This document shows positions 29,339-38,704 of a DNA stretch of 64,000 nucleotides, in pieces. Source of the DNA: Candidatus Moraniibacteriota bacterium (GTDB lineage: Bacteria; Patescibacteriota; Minisyncoccia; Moranbacterales; UBA1568); the NCBI GenBank assembly GCA_016699875.1, contig CP064989.1:1013332-1077331 (forward strand), read 5' to 3'. The notes below the pieces were generated by a model, which saw nothing but the letters and a program-made list of their open reading frames with translations, was not told the origin of the DNA and made no database searches. A program made the position numbers and the translations under genes. Numbering within the stretch: position 1 is the first letter of the stretch; each line of letters starts with the position of its first letter.

Positions 29339-29926
29339 ATGTATCTCTCTGACAAAGACATTCTTGCGGCAGTAAAGAAGAAAGACATTACCTTGCGTGG
29401 ATTTGACGCGAATCGCTTGCAGCCGGCAAGTTATGATGTGATTCTGGATAATAAGTTTATCGTGACGGATGCGTATACTACGCTGGTCATTGATCCGGAA
29501 AAGAAAATCTTTCCGAAGACGAAAGAACATCATGTAAAAGAAGGCGAAGCGTTCTATCTCTATCCGGGCGAAACGGTGCTGGGGCGCGTTAGGGACTTTG
29601 TTGGGAGCAAAACCTATCTTATCCAGATTTCCGGAAAGTCGAGTCTCGCGCGTATCGGGCTCGTGGTGCACAATACCGCTGGGCTTATAAACCCGGGGCA
29701 TTACCTCAATATTACGCTGGAGCTTTCGAATATAAATCGTATGCCGATCGTGCTTCGTCCGGGTATGCAGATAGCGCAGCTGGTTTTTTCGCCGCTTTCG
29801 ACGCCGGTATCGCATGACTACAGCGAAACCGGTCGGTTTCATGAGAATAACTGGGAGAACTTCAAAGCGCCAAAAAGGGAAGCTGCAGCGGTAAAAACAA
29901 AACAAAGTAGAAAGAGGAATAAGTAA
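29339..29926 (+). CDS. dcd: dCTP deaminase
   Basis: MYLSDKDILAAVKKKDITLRGFD...LQPASYDVILDNKF..., typical dCTP deaminase/dUTPase-fold N-terminus; 195 aa. Confidence 0.85.
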   Translation: MYLSDKDILAAVKKKDITLRGFDANRLQPASYDVILDNKFIVTDAYTTLVIDPEKKIFPKTKEHHVKEGEAFYLYPGETVLGRVRDFVGSKTYLIQISGKSSLARIGLVVHNTAGLINPGHYLNITLELSNINRMPIVLRPGMQIAQLVFSPLSTPVSHDYSETGRFHENNWENFKAPKREAAAVKTKQSRKRNK

Positions 29927-29932
29927 TCGTCT

Positions 29933-30532
29933 ATGTTTTCAGAGCCCGAACAGGATATTATTGAGCGTTCGAAACAGTTTGTAAAGGATTCTTTCGTTGC
30001 ACATCCGCATTTTAGTTTTAACGACTGGAGTGTAATGTACAACCATAGCTGCACAGTCGCCTCTTTTGCTGGAATGATTGGAGCGAATGTTGTATGCGAT
30101 AAATTACTTGTGATACTTGGAGCTCTGTTGCACGACATTGGGAAAACATATGAAGCAGATGAGGAGACTTTGCATTTTGAACATGAATCCTTCAATCTCA
30201 TTGTTGCTGAGCCGTTTCTGGAAACATTAGGGTTATCTCCTGAACGATTGGAGAGACTGAAGCGACTTGTTTCTTATCAAGACAAAGAAGGTGTTGAGAT
30301 GAAAGTTATAAAAGATGCTGATGCTATTGCCTTGCCTGCAGACAAGCGGCTTTCTATGCTCTATATCGAATGGGCTGTTAAAGAAGGTTTGAGAAACTCT
30401 ATTGAAAGGAAAATCCGAAAATTCGACAAACTTCATTTTGAACTGAGTAAAGAAATTGGAAAACCACTGTTTAGTCGAATGAAGCAAGATTGGGATGAGT
30501 ATCGGAGAACAATTAATGCAAAATCATTATGA
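29933..30532 (+). CDS. HD-domain phosphohydrolase
   Basis: HD motif LGALLHDIGKTYE; ~199 aa. Between dcd and thyA, overlapping thyA by 4 nt. Confidence 0.7.
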   Translation: MFSEPEQDIIERSKQFVKDSFVAHPHFSFNDWSVMYNHSCTVASFAGMIGANVVCDKLLVILGALLHDIGKTYEADEETLHFEHESFNLIVAEPFLETLGLSPERLERLKRLVSYQDKEGVEMKVIKDADAIALPADKRLSMLYIEWAVKEGLRNSIERKIRKFDKLHFELSKEIGKPLFSRMKQDWDEYRRTINAKSL

Positions 30533-31524
30533 AAAAGCATCCTGAGTATCAATACCTCGATCTCCTGAAAGATATATTGAAGAACGGTGTATGGCAGGAA
30601 GATAAAGGGACTGGTGATCGCACCAAGAGTGTCTTTGGACGGCAGATTCGTTTTGATCTTTCGGAAGGATTCCCCCTTCTTACTACCAAAAAAACTTACT
30701 GGAAAGGAATCGTGTATGAACTTGCTTGGTTTTTGTCTGGGCAGGCGAATATTCGGTTTCTAGTCGAAAATGGTGTGCACATTTGGGATGACTATCCTTA
30801 TCGGCTGTATCGAGAACGGATGGAAAAAGAACATCTTCCCGAAATAACGAAAGAAGAATTTGTCGAGAAGATTAAAACTGATCTTTCTTTTTCAAAGAAG
30901 TTTGGAGAATTGCGGAATATTTATGGCGAGATGTGGCGGCGGTGGCCAGCGAAAGATGGTCGAACTATTGATCAGCTACGATGGGCGGTAGAAGAGATTA
31001 CTCGTGACTCGGATTGTCATAATGCAATTGTAACGTCATGGAATCCAGAATATCTCTACACTATGGCGAAACCGGAAGAGGCGCTTCGATTTCCGATTTG
31101 CCATAATATGTATCAGTTGAATGTAAAGAATCGTCGTGTCTCACTTCATTTGTATCAACGGTCGGCGGATATCTTTCTTGGTGTCCCGTTTAATATTGCG
31201 AGCTATGCGCTCTTGACGTTTCTTATCGCCAAGGCGACTGGGTATAAACCGGGAGAATTTGTTCATACTTTTGGCGATGCGCATATATATGAGGATCATA
31301 TGGATCAAGTGAAAGAGCAACTGCAACGGAAGCCGCTTCCGTTTCCGAAAGTGAGAATAAGCTCAACGTTTCGGGGCATAGATGATTTTCATCCAGAACA
31401 GGTAAAGTTGGTTGGGTATCAGTCACATTCTCCTCTTAAAGCGCGTATGGCTCTAGTTGGCGGGGTGAGTTCAAAATCATGGAAAGCCTATGCCAAAAAG
31501 TCAAAGAAGGAAAATAAGAGGTAA
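30529..31524 (+). CDS. thyA: thymidylate synthase (ThyA) with a small-domain insert and a Lys-rich C-terminal extension
   Basis: ICHNMYQLNV...LHLYQRSADIFLGVPFNIASYALLTFLIA...FGDAHIY active-site region. At 331 aa it is long: an insert lies near WDDYPY...NPEY, and a ~22-aa tail (VGGVSSKSWKAYAKKSKKENKR) follows the usual C-terminus. Confidence 0.9.
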   Translation: MKKHPEYQYLDLLKDILKNGVWQEDKGTGDRTKSVFGRQIRFDLSEGFPLLTTKKTYWKGIVYELAWFLSGQANIRFLVENGVHIWDDYPYRLYRERMEKEHLPEITKEEFVEKIKTDLSFSKKFGELRNIYGEMWRRWPAKDGRTIDQLRWAVEEITRDSDCHNAIVTSWNPEYLYTMAKPEEALRFPICHNMYQLNVKNRRVSLHLYQRSADIFLGVPFNIASYALLTFLIAKATGYKPGEFVHTFGDAHIYEDHMDQVKEQLQRKPLPFPKVRISSTFRGIDDFHPEQVKLVGYQSHSPLKARMALVGGVSSKSWKAYAKKSKKENKR

Positions 31525-31577
31525 ATGAAAACCTCCCCGGTGTTTTGGGAAGGTTTGGTTGGAGATGGATCTCCTGT

Positions 31578-31805
31578 TTACTGAGGATCTTTAGCTTCTT
31601 GTTCTTGAGTTATTAGAAAATCCTCAAGCAACATGAGGATAAGGAAAAAACCTAGGGCAGTAATTGCTAGGATAGCTATGAGAAGTTTCTCGAGCATAGG
31701 CGTGCTTTCGGTTGTTGGGGTAAACATTGTCATTCCCCCAAGAATCAGCACTGCGAAGAGATAGACTGTGGAAGCTCTCGATTGCCACTTTGTACTCATT
31801 GCCAT
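31578..31805 (-). CDS. small hypothetical membrane protein (2 TM)
   Basis: Two hydrophobic helices (VYLFAVLILGGMTMF, LLIAILAITALGFFLILMLL); convergent with thyA and folA. Confidence 0.35.
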   Translation of the reverse strand: MAMSTKWQSRASTVYLFAVLILGGMTMFTPTTESTPMLEKLLIAILAITALGFFLILMLLEDFLITQEQEAKDPQ

Positions 31806-31921
31806 TGTTTCTACCTTGCTTCGGATTATTGAATGACTGCTATAGTGACCCCTACTGCGACCACGCAATATCAATTTTGGTTATACTGTGTCAATCCTAC
31901 AAGGTATTTTCAAAACTCTAT

Positions 31922-32410
31922 ATGATCAGCATTATCGTTGCAATTGGCGAGGGGAATAGGGTGATCGGGGACAAGGGGAAATTGCCGTGGCATATTCCGG
32001 AAGATTTGAAGCGATTTAAGGCGCTCACAACAGGGCATCCGATCATCATGGGGCGGAATACGTTTCTTTCGATTGGGCGGGTGCTTCCGAATCGGACGAA
32101 TATCGTGCTCTCGGACATGGAATGGCTGGACGCGCCGGATGGTATCGTGATTGTGCGGTCTTTGGAAAATGCACTGGAAAAGGCGAAGAGTGCTCCGGGG
32201 AGTGAGGAGATATTTGTGATTGGCGGCGGCATGGTGTATGGGCAAGCGCTTTCGTGTGCCGACCGGCTCTATCTCACGCTTATTCATGGTGATTTCCATG
32301 GCGATGCGTTTTTTCCGGAGTATGAGAAAATATTTTCGAAAGTGATGAGCCGAGAAGCACGGGAATCAGAGGGCTTCCGGTATGAGTTCTTGGTGTTGGA
32401 GCGCGAGTAA
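31922..32410 (+). CDS. folA: dihydrofolate reductase
   Basis: MISIIVAIGEGNRVIGDKGKLPWHIPEDLKRFKALTTGHPIIMGRNTF, the canonical DHFR N-terminus; 162 aa. Confidence 0.9.
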   Translation: MISIIVAIGEGNRVIGDKGKLPWHIPEDLKRFKALTTGHPIIMGRNTFLSIGRVLPNRTNIVLSDMEWLDAPDGIVIVRSLENALEKAKSAPGSEEIFVIGGGMVYGQALSCADRLYLTLIHGDFHGDAFFPEYEKIFSKVMSREARESEGFRYEFLVLERE

Positions 32411-32454
32411 TTCTTCTATTCCGTGCTACAATGGAGGCATCATAAAGTATTGCT

Positions 32455-33618
32455 ATGCGTGTCGGTATCAATGCGTCGTTTGCGCGGAAACCGGATACTG
32501 GAATCGGGCAAGTGACGTTGAATTTCTTGCACAAGGTTTCGGAGAGTTCTCGTGTGGAATTTATTCTGTATCTTGAAGAAGAACTTCCAAACGGGATAAA
32601 CATTCCGAAACATTTTCAAACACGGGTGACGCTGCCATTTTGGAAGCGCGATGATCTGGTGCGAAAGTGGTGGTGGGAACGGTGTCTTGTGCCGAAGCAG
32701 GCGAAGCGCGACGGCTGCGATGTGTTTATCAGTCTCTATCAGTCGGCGACGGTGATGCCGAAGAGTATTCGGCATATCATGCTGGTGCACGATATTATTC
32801 CGAAACTTTTCCCTCAGTATCTCAACAATTGGCGGAAGCGATATTATTGGAAATCGGTCGAGCACGGCATTCGGCATGCAGATAAACTCTATGCAGTGTC
32901 GTCGCACACGGAGAAAGATTTGATACGGCATCTCGGCATCGCGCCGTCGTCCGTGTCGGTGAATCGTATCGATGTCGACCCGATATTCAAGCGAGCAGCA
33001 ACTTCGGAGCGAAGCGCAGAGGTAATGCGGAAGTACCGTCTCTCGCCGGGCTATCTCTATTTCGGCGGCGGACTCGAGTGGCGCAAGAATGCCGAGGGCG
33101 TGCTTCGTGCGTACCGCGCACTTCTTGATCGGGAAAAGTCCGATCATCTGGCCCCTCCGACGCCGCCCCTGGTTGTTTCCGGGAAGCTCATGCCGGAGCT
33201 CTCGCCGCTCGTGACGGATGTCGAGCGCCTGGTGAAGGATTTGGATCTTCTGCCGTATGTCCGCATTCTTGATTCGGTGCCGCAGCGTGATCTGCCGGCG
33301 CTCTATGTGGGAGCAAAGCTTTTCCTGTACCCATCGCTCTACGAAGGGTTTGGGCTGCCGGTCTTGGAGGCGATGAGTGTGGGGACGCCGGTTGTAACAT
33401 CGAAGAGCTCGTCGCTTCCCGAGGTGGGAAAAGATGCGGTACTCTATTGTCGTCCGGATGATGTGGAGGACATTGCATCGACAGTTCGAAATGCGCTCTC
33501 CCATCGGGAAATTCGAGAGATGCTCTCCAAACGTGGCAGGGAACGGTCCGCACTCTTCTCGTGGAATGAATTCTCCAGGAAGTTGCTTCGATCGGCTATC
33601 GGAGGCGTTGATACCTGA
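32455..33618 (+). CDS. family-1 (GT4-type) glycosyltransferase
   Basis: YEGFGLPVLEAMSVGTPVVTSKSSSLPEVGKDAVLY, the GT1 C-terminal motif. Confidence 0.85.
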   Translation: MRVGINASFARKPDTGIGQVTLNFLHKVSESSRVEFILYLEEELPNGINIPKHFQTRVTLPFWKRDDLVRKWWWERCLVPKQAKRDGCDVFISLYQSATVMPKSIRHIMLVHDIIPKLFPQYLNNWRKRYYWKSVEHGIRHADKLYAVSSHTEKDLIRHLGIAPSSVSVNRIDVDPIFKRAATSERSAEVMRKYRLSPGYLYFGGGLEWRKNAEGVLRAYRALLDREKSDHLAPPTPPLVVSGKLMPELSPLVTDVERLVKDLDLLPYVRILDSVPQRDLPALYVGAKLFLYPSLYEGFGLPVLEAMSVGTPVVTSKSSSLPEVGKDAVLYCRPDDVEDIASTVRNALSHREIREMLSKRGRERSALFSWNEFSRKLLRSAIGGVDT

Positions 33619-33620
33619 AC

Positions 33621-35282
33621 ATGCATGCAACAGGTTCTTCTCTCTCAAAACATATGTTTATGATTCGCATGACTGAGGGGGTGCTGTTGTTGGGCGCCTT
33701 TTTGGTTTCAATACTACTCTTTTTCTTTGGAAATTCCCAAGTCTTTCCTCTGGGTATAACGGACTTTATTTTCTTTTCCATCTTGGCATTTTTCTTTGCG
33801 CTCTACCGTCCTGGGTGGGCATTTTTGATATTTCTCGCACTCCTTCCATTTGAGATGGTTGATATTTCACCGGGGGTGTTGCCTCTTTCTCTCCGACCGT
33901 ACCAACTTCTTTCCGGTGTCATATTGCTCTCGATGGGCATTCGATTTGCGACGAAGCGACTTCCGTTTCCGATCATGCGTTTCCGATGGTTTGACACTCT
34001 ACCGATCATCTTCGGTATAGGAGGAGTTCTTTCTATAAGTTGTTCCGCTGATGTGCCGAGTGCCGCTAAGCAAGCAGTCGTCGTATTCTCTTTTGTAGCG
34101 ATATATTTCCTCTCGCGGCAATTCTTGGGAGGAGCGCGCGATGCGCGTCGCATAGTGCTCTTCCTGGTGCTTTCTTCGGTAGGTACGGCACTTTTTGCGT
34201 TGTGGCAGAGCGTTCGCTTCACTGCCGGACACGCCGCTTTTGAGGTAATGCCCGGGCGTCCGAATGCATTCTTCTCCGAGCCGGATTGGCTCGGTATGTT
34301 CTTTATTCTTTCGGGAACGATTGCGCTCGCATTGCTTTTTCTTGATCTCACTCGAAATAGGGTGACGGAAGGAGAGATGCTCTCGGGGCATCTGTTGAGT
34401 GACCGGTGTCGGAGAACTTTCAGGCAGTCTGCAGTGCTCCTCTTGTCGTTTGCTTTTCTGGCACTTTCTTGGACTGGAATCTTGCTGACCGTGGCTCGGA
34501 GTGCTTGGGTTGGATTTGCTCTGTCTTCATTTCTCTTTCCGATGCTCCTGCTTTGGGAAGACTCATGGCGTTTGCGTTCTTGGCAGTGGACGCGGATGGC
34601 GAAGGGATATGTCATTATCGCCCTGTCTTTTGTGGCGGCGATTTTGGTGATACGAGGGTTTCGACTGACGACCTTCGACCTTACGGATCGGGCTGGGAGT
34701 ACTGCGTCGGGGCAACAAGAAATTACGGTTTCCTGCGATACGTCTGGGGTATTGCCGAAGAGTATTGAGAGTGTTTCCGAGCTGGCCTCCTATGGCTGTC
34801 GATTTATCCGATTGGAAGATATGAACGCCGAACAGGCTGCGGGGAAATTCGTGACGACGGTATTCCGTCCCGACCCGAGTATTGAAGCTCGACGGGCTAT
34901 CTCACAGAAAACGACAGAGATACTTGTCTCGCACTGGCTCTTCGGTATCGGATGGGGTGGCATCGGGAATATTCTTGGAACGGATGACCGAGGCGCGTCG
35001 CTCAATGCGAGCAACGCCTTTCTCGAGGCGTGGCTCGGCGGCGGATTGATAAGTGCGCTTTCCTTCTTGATGCTGTGGACGCTGGTCCCGCTGTATGCTC
35101 TCCGGAGATTCTTTGTCAGTGCGCGAGAGTCCGATCAAGGTTCGTACCGCGCCATCGCAGTGTTTTTCCTTCTCTCATGGGTCGGTTTTACAGTGTTTAA
35201 TCTTTTCAATTCCGGCATATTGCTGGGTTTTGTGTGGGTGTGGTTGGGAGGTATCGGAATAATAGCGGTGCGGGAGAAATAG
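33621..35282 (+). CDS. O-antigen-ligase/Wzy-like polytopic membrane protein
   Basis: 10 or more TM helices with a large extracytoplasmic loop; Wzy_C-like region (...WLFGIGWGGIGN...NAFLEAWLGGGLISALSFLMLW). Confidence 0.65.
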   Translation: MHATGSSLSKHMFMIRMTEGVLLLGAFLVSILLFFFGNSQVFPLGITDFIFFSILAFFFALYRPGWAFLIFLALLPFEMVDISPGVLPLSLRPYQLLSGVILLSMGIRFATKRLPFPIMRFRWFDTLPIIFGIGGVLSISCSADVPSAAKQAVVVFSFVAIYFLSRQFLGGARDARRIVLFLVLSSVGTALFALWQSVRFTAGHAAFEVMPGRPNAFFSEPDWLGMFFILSGTIALALLFLDLTRNRVTEGEMLSGHLLSDRCRRTFRQSAVLLLSFAFLALSWTGILLTVARSAWVGFALSSFLFPMLLLWEDSWRLRSWQWTRMAKGYVIIALSFVAAILVIRGFRLTTFDLTDRAGSTASGQQEITVSCDTSGVLPKSIESVSELASYGCRFIRLEDMNAEQAAGKFVTTVFRPDPSIEARRAISQKTTEILVSHWLFGIGWGGIGNILGTDDRGASLNASNAFLEAWLGGGLISALSFLMLWTLVPLYALRRFFVSARESDQGSYRAIAVFFLLSWVGFTVFNLFNSGILLGFVWVWLGGIGIIAVREK

Positions 35283-35346
35283 GGTATAATGGAGTTCCTT
35301 GTTATATTCTATGAGTCTCTTTGGGAATTCTTCACGGTACCGCGGC

Positions 35347-37212
35347 ATGGAAATCGACGATGCGGTACTGACCATAACCGAGAAAGATGCGGCTCGGCTC
35401 GAAGCGCCGTTGCATCGCGGACTGGCGCGGTGGCTCCAAGTATTTTTTGCGAGCGTTCTTGTGTTGCTCGGAGCACGGGTCTTTTTCTTGAACGTAGTGA
35501 AGGGGGGATACTATCAAGATGTTGCCGTGCGGAACAGCGTGCGAAATGTGCTGCTCTCCGCACCGCGCGGGCTTATTTTCGATCGGTATGGAAAACAGCT
35601 TGTGCGCAATGTTCCGAGTATGGAACTTCTTGCGACGCCGGCGGATCTTCCGAAGACGGAAGGGGATCGTCGCGCTCTTGTCGAACGTCTGCGGAATATT
35701 ATCGCCTTTGATTCGGATGAGTGGTCGTCTGCGATTCAGTCGGCGGGCGGCACGTTTTCTCTGCCGATTGTGCTTAAGAGTTCGCTTACGCAGGACGAGG
35801 TGCTTCTCTTTTCGGCGCGAGCAGTGGAGTTTCCTGGCATATCGCTTGAGAGATCCGCTGTGCGCGAATACCAAGACGGATTGATCTTTTCGCATATCTT
35901 GGGATATGAGGGGAAGATCCGCAAGGAAGAACTTGATAAATATCCGGAATATCTGCCCATTGATTCCATTGGAAAGCAGGGCATTGAAAAGAGCTACGAA
36001 TCGGAACTTCGCGGGAAGCGCGGCGCTGATCGGGTCGAAGTGGATTCTCGCGGAGCAATCAAAAAGGCACTCGGCGTATTCGATCCGGAACCGGGAAATG
36101 ATCTTATTCTGAATATCGATGCCGATCTTCAGAAGAGACTCTTCGATAGTTTGAGTTCGGCGCTTGAAAAGGCGGACTTGCGGAAAGGCGCGGCCGTTGC
36201 GATTGACCCGCGTGACGGAAGTGTCTTGGCACTCGTGAGTCTTCCATCGTTCGACAATAATCTCTTTGCAGGAGGGATTGATTCGGTGAATTATACTGAG
36301 CTGATCGGCGATGATGCGCTCCCTTTGTTTAATCGGGCGCTTGCCGGTGAGTACCCGCCCGGATCGACGATTAAGCCATTTTTGGCGAGCGCGGCGCTTG
36401 CTGAGGGAGTAGTGACGCCAAGTACGCAGATAGAAAGCCGTGGCGGAATTACCGTGGCAGGATTCTCGTTTGGCGATTGGAAAGCTCACGGGTTTACCGA
36501 TGTCCGCCACGCAATCGCCGTATCAAGCGACGTGTATTTCTACAGCGTCGGCGGCGGGTATGGGAATATCCGCGGACTTGGCATGGAAAAAATGAATGAA
36601 TATGAAGAGCGATTCGGATTTGGATCGGAAACGGGGATTGATATTTCCGGGGAGAAAAGGGGGCTTCTGCCGACGGCTGCTTGGAAAGAAAACAAAATAG
36701 GTGAGCGGTGGTATATCGGCGACACCTACCATGCATCGATCGGACAGGGGTTTGTATTGGCAACGCCCATACAGTTGGCAAATGCGACAGCGGCCATTGC
36801 AAATGGCGGAACACTATGGAAGCCGAGAGTGGTCGGTCAAATCCGTTCTCGTGACGGAACTATGCAAGCGGTGGCGCCCGAAGCTCTTCGCCGAAACGTG
36901 ATCGACCCGTCGATTCTCAAGATAGTCCGTGAGGGCATGCGTATGACCGTGACGGAAAATGTTGGGACGGCGCAGTCGCTTGCGAGTTTGCCGGTTGCTG
37001 TTGCCGGGAAGACGGGAACAGCACAATTTGGCGCTGAGAAGAAAACTCATGGATGGTTCGAATCGTTTGCTCCTTATGACCATCCAACCATCGCCCTGGT
37101 TGTCTTGGTCGAGGGGCAGGAGAACGAAGGCTATTTCGCTGTCCCGGTAACGAAGGAGGTGTTTTCGTGGTACTTCACTGAAGGCAAGGGGAAAGAGGTG
37201 GAAAAAGAATGA
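35347..37212 (+). CDS. mrdA: penicillin-binding protein 2 (class B transpeptidase); ORF open from 35299, start uncertain
   Basis: SxxK GSTIKPF, SxN (AVSSD...), KTG (AGKTGTAQF). Located downstream of mreBCD-linked envelope genes. Confidence 0.88.
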   Translation: MEIDDAVLTITEKDAARLEAPLHRGLARWLQVFFASVLVLLGARVFFLNVVKGGYYQDVAVRNSVRNVLLSAPRGLIFDRYGKQLVRNVPSMELLATPADLPKTEGDRRALVERLRNIIAFDSDEWSSAIQSAGGTFSLPIVLKSSLTQDEVLLFSARAVEFPGISLERSAVREYQDGLIFSHILGYEGKIRKEELDKYPEYLPIDSIGKQGIEKSYESELRGKRGADRVEVDSRGAIKKALGVFDPEPGNDLILNIDADLQKRLFDSLSSALEKADLRKGAAVAIDPRDGSVLALVSLPSFDNNLFAGGIDSVNYTELIGDDALPLFNRALAGEYPPGSTIKPFLASAALAEGVVTPSTQIESRGGITVAGFSFGDWKAHGFTDVRHAIAVSSDVYFYSVGGGYGNIRGLGMEKMNEYEERFGFGSETGIDISGEKRGLLPTAAWKENKIGERWYIGDTYHASIGQGFVLATPIQLANATAAIANGGTLWKPRVVGQIRSRDGTMQAVAPEALRRNVIDPSILKIVREGMRMTVTENVGTAQSLASLPVAVAGKTGTAQFGAEKKTHGWFESFAPYDHPTIALVVLVEGQENEGYFAVPVTKEVFSWYFTEGKGKEVEKE

Positions 37213-37236
37213 CAATTTCTTTCGACAGAGCCGATA

Positions 37237-37264
37237 TTGACAATGCCGGGCGCTCTGCTATCAT
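37237..37264 (+). promoter_or_regulatory. sigma70-like promoter upstream of greA
   Basis: TTGACA, 16 nt spacer, TATCAT; about 65 nt upstream of the greA start. Confidence 0.45.
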
Positions 37265-37330
37265 TGGTGGCATTGCGCGTCTCTTTTGGCGCCCATAAAA
37301 CAAAATTAAGCGAATAATTCGAACAGATGT

Positions 37331-37789
37331 ATGGCGAAAATATTGACGAAAGACGGACTCAAAAAACTCCAAGAAGAACTCGAAGAACGCAAAGTAGTTG
37401 TGCGTCAGCGTATCGCGTCTGCTATCAAAGAAGCGAAAGAACAAGGCGATCTCTCTGAGAATGCCGAATACAGCGAAGCGAAACAAGAGCAGGCTGAGAA
37501 TGAAGCTCGGATTGCTGAGCTCGAAGCTTCACTCAAAGATGCGGTCGTCGCGCGTCACAATAGCCAGGCATCCGGTGTGCAGATCGGATCGGTCGTGAAG
37601 ACGCTTCTGCGCGGCAAAGAGATGGCATTCACTATTGTGGGATCGAATGAGGTGGATCCGTCCGCCGGAAAAATTTCCCACGAGTCTCCGCTTGGAAAAG
37701 CTTTCCTCAACAAAGAAAAAGGCGCTCGCGTTTCCGTTGAAACACCCGCCGGAAGCATGGAATACGAAATCTTGGAAATTGCGTCGTAG
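37331..37789 (+). CDS. greA: transcription elongation factor GreA
   Basis: MAKILTKDGLKKLQEELEERK...GDLSENAEYSEAKQEQAENEARIAELE; 152 aa. Confidence 0.92.
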   Translation: MAKILTKDGLKKLQEELEERKVVVRQRIASAIKEAKEQGDLSENAEYSEAKQEQAENEARIAELEASLKDAVVARHNSQASGVQIGSVVKTLLRGKEMAFTIVGSNEVDPSAGKISHESPLGKAFLNKEKGARVSVETPAGSMEYEILEIAS

Positions 37790-38112
37790 ATGTGTGTTTC
37801 TGTAGAGCTCGGGTTTACGTGAAGGAAGGGAGATAAAACATGATTTGGTTCATGTTCCCCGTCAGCAAGAATTTGCCTTGGCGGGTTCTCCGTTTTGTAT
37901 CTATTGCCGGGAATTTTAGCGGGAGCTCTCATTTCAATTCCGAAATTCTCAACATCTCCTCTGTCCAAACCGAGCAGGTTCGCAGAAGGTTCATTTCTCA
38001 ATTCGGTGGATTTTGCCTCTCGGAGAGTTCCTTGGTATACTTTTCTCTGTACTGGCGGGACTTTAAGGGGCATCCAGGGCTCGAGGTGTAAATAAATTTT
38101 TAATACATAAAT

Positions 38113-38667
38113 ATGGAGCAGACATTCAAAATGCTTTTGGTGGATGATGATGTGGATACGCGGAGCTTGTATGCGGAGGTGTTCCGTGCGGCGGGCTTTG
38201 AGGTGCGAGAGGCGAAGGATGGACTTGAGGGTCTTGAAATGGCAACAGCGGAACGACCGGATGTAGTGTTTACCGGTATTATCATGCCTCGCATGGACGG
38301 CTTTGCGTTGACGGAAGCTCTGCGAAGCAATGTGACTATGGCTTCGATTCCCATTGCATTCTCCTCGCACTTGGGGCGACAAGAAGATCAAAAGCGCGCA
38401 AAAGATCTTGGCGTTGATGATTTCATCGTGCGCGATGTAGTGACGCCCAATGAGGTAGTGGTGCGCATCCAATCTCTCGTTTCGCATAGCGAGTATATGC
38501 TTGCTTTCGATATCCGCGCACTTGATGCTCAGAAGTTGGCAGCGGATCTTCGCTTGAATGCAAACTTCGTTTGTTCGGAAAATGGCGGTCGGCAGTTTGC
38601 GCTCCGTCTCAAAGTGAAAAACGCTTCAACGCGAACATTTGAAGCTGAGCTAGTCTGTATCCCGTGA
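38113..38667 (+). CDS. response-regulator receiver protein with a short C-terminal extension (no recognisable output domain)
   Basis: MLLVDDDVDTRSLYAEV...DVVFTGIIMPRMDGFAL... Confidence 0.75.
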   Translation: MEQTFKMLLVDDDVDTRSLYAEVFRAAGFEVREAKDGLEGLEMATAERPDVVFTGIIMPRMDGFALTEALRSNVTMASIPIAFSSHLGRQEDQKRAKDLGVDDFIVRDVVTPNEVVVRIQSLVSHSEYMLAFDIRALDAQKLAADLRLNANFVCSENGGRQFALRLKVKNASTRTFEAELVCIP

Positions 38668-38704
38668 TTTCAGGAGTTTTGTTTGATTTTTTTCTCCTCT
38701 TCTC

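Noticed and set aside
32440-33648. 402-aa minus-strand ORF
   Set aside because: Fully antisense to the GT1 gene (clear E-x7-E motif). R/H-rich product typical of the wrong strand in GC-rich coding DNA.
37790-38112. 320-nt greA-REC intergenic region examined for a structured RNA (6S, SRP, tmRNA, RNase P)
   Set aside because: I could not recognise any of the hallmark conserved motifs by eye. This is left open for an Rfam scan rather than claimed.
37555-38487. 310-aa minus-strand ORF
   Set aside because: Antisense to greA and to the receiver-domain gene, both with strong motifs. Composition is that of an antisense shadow ORF.
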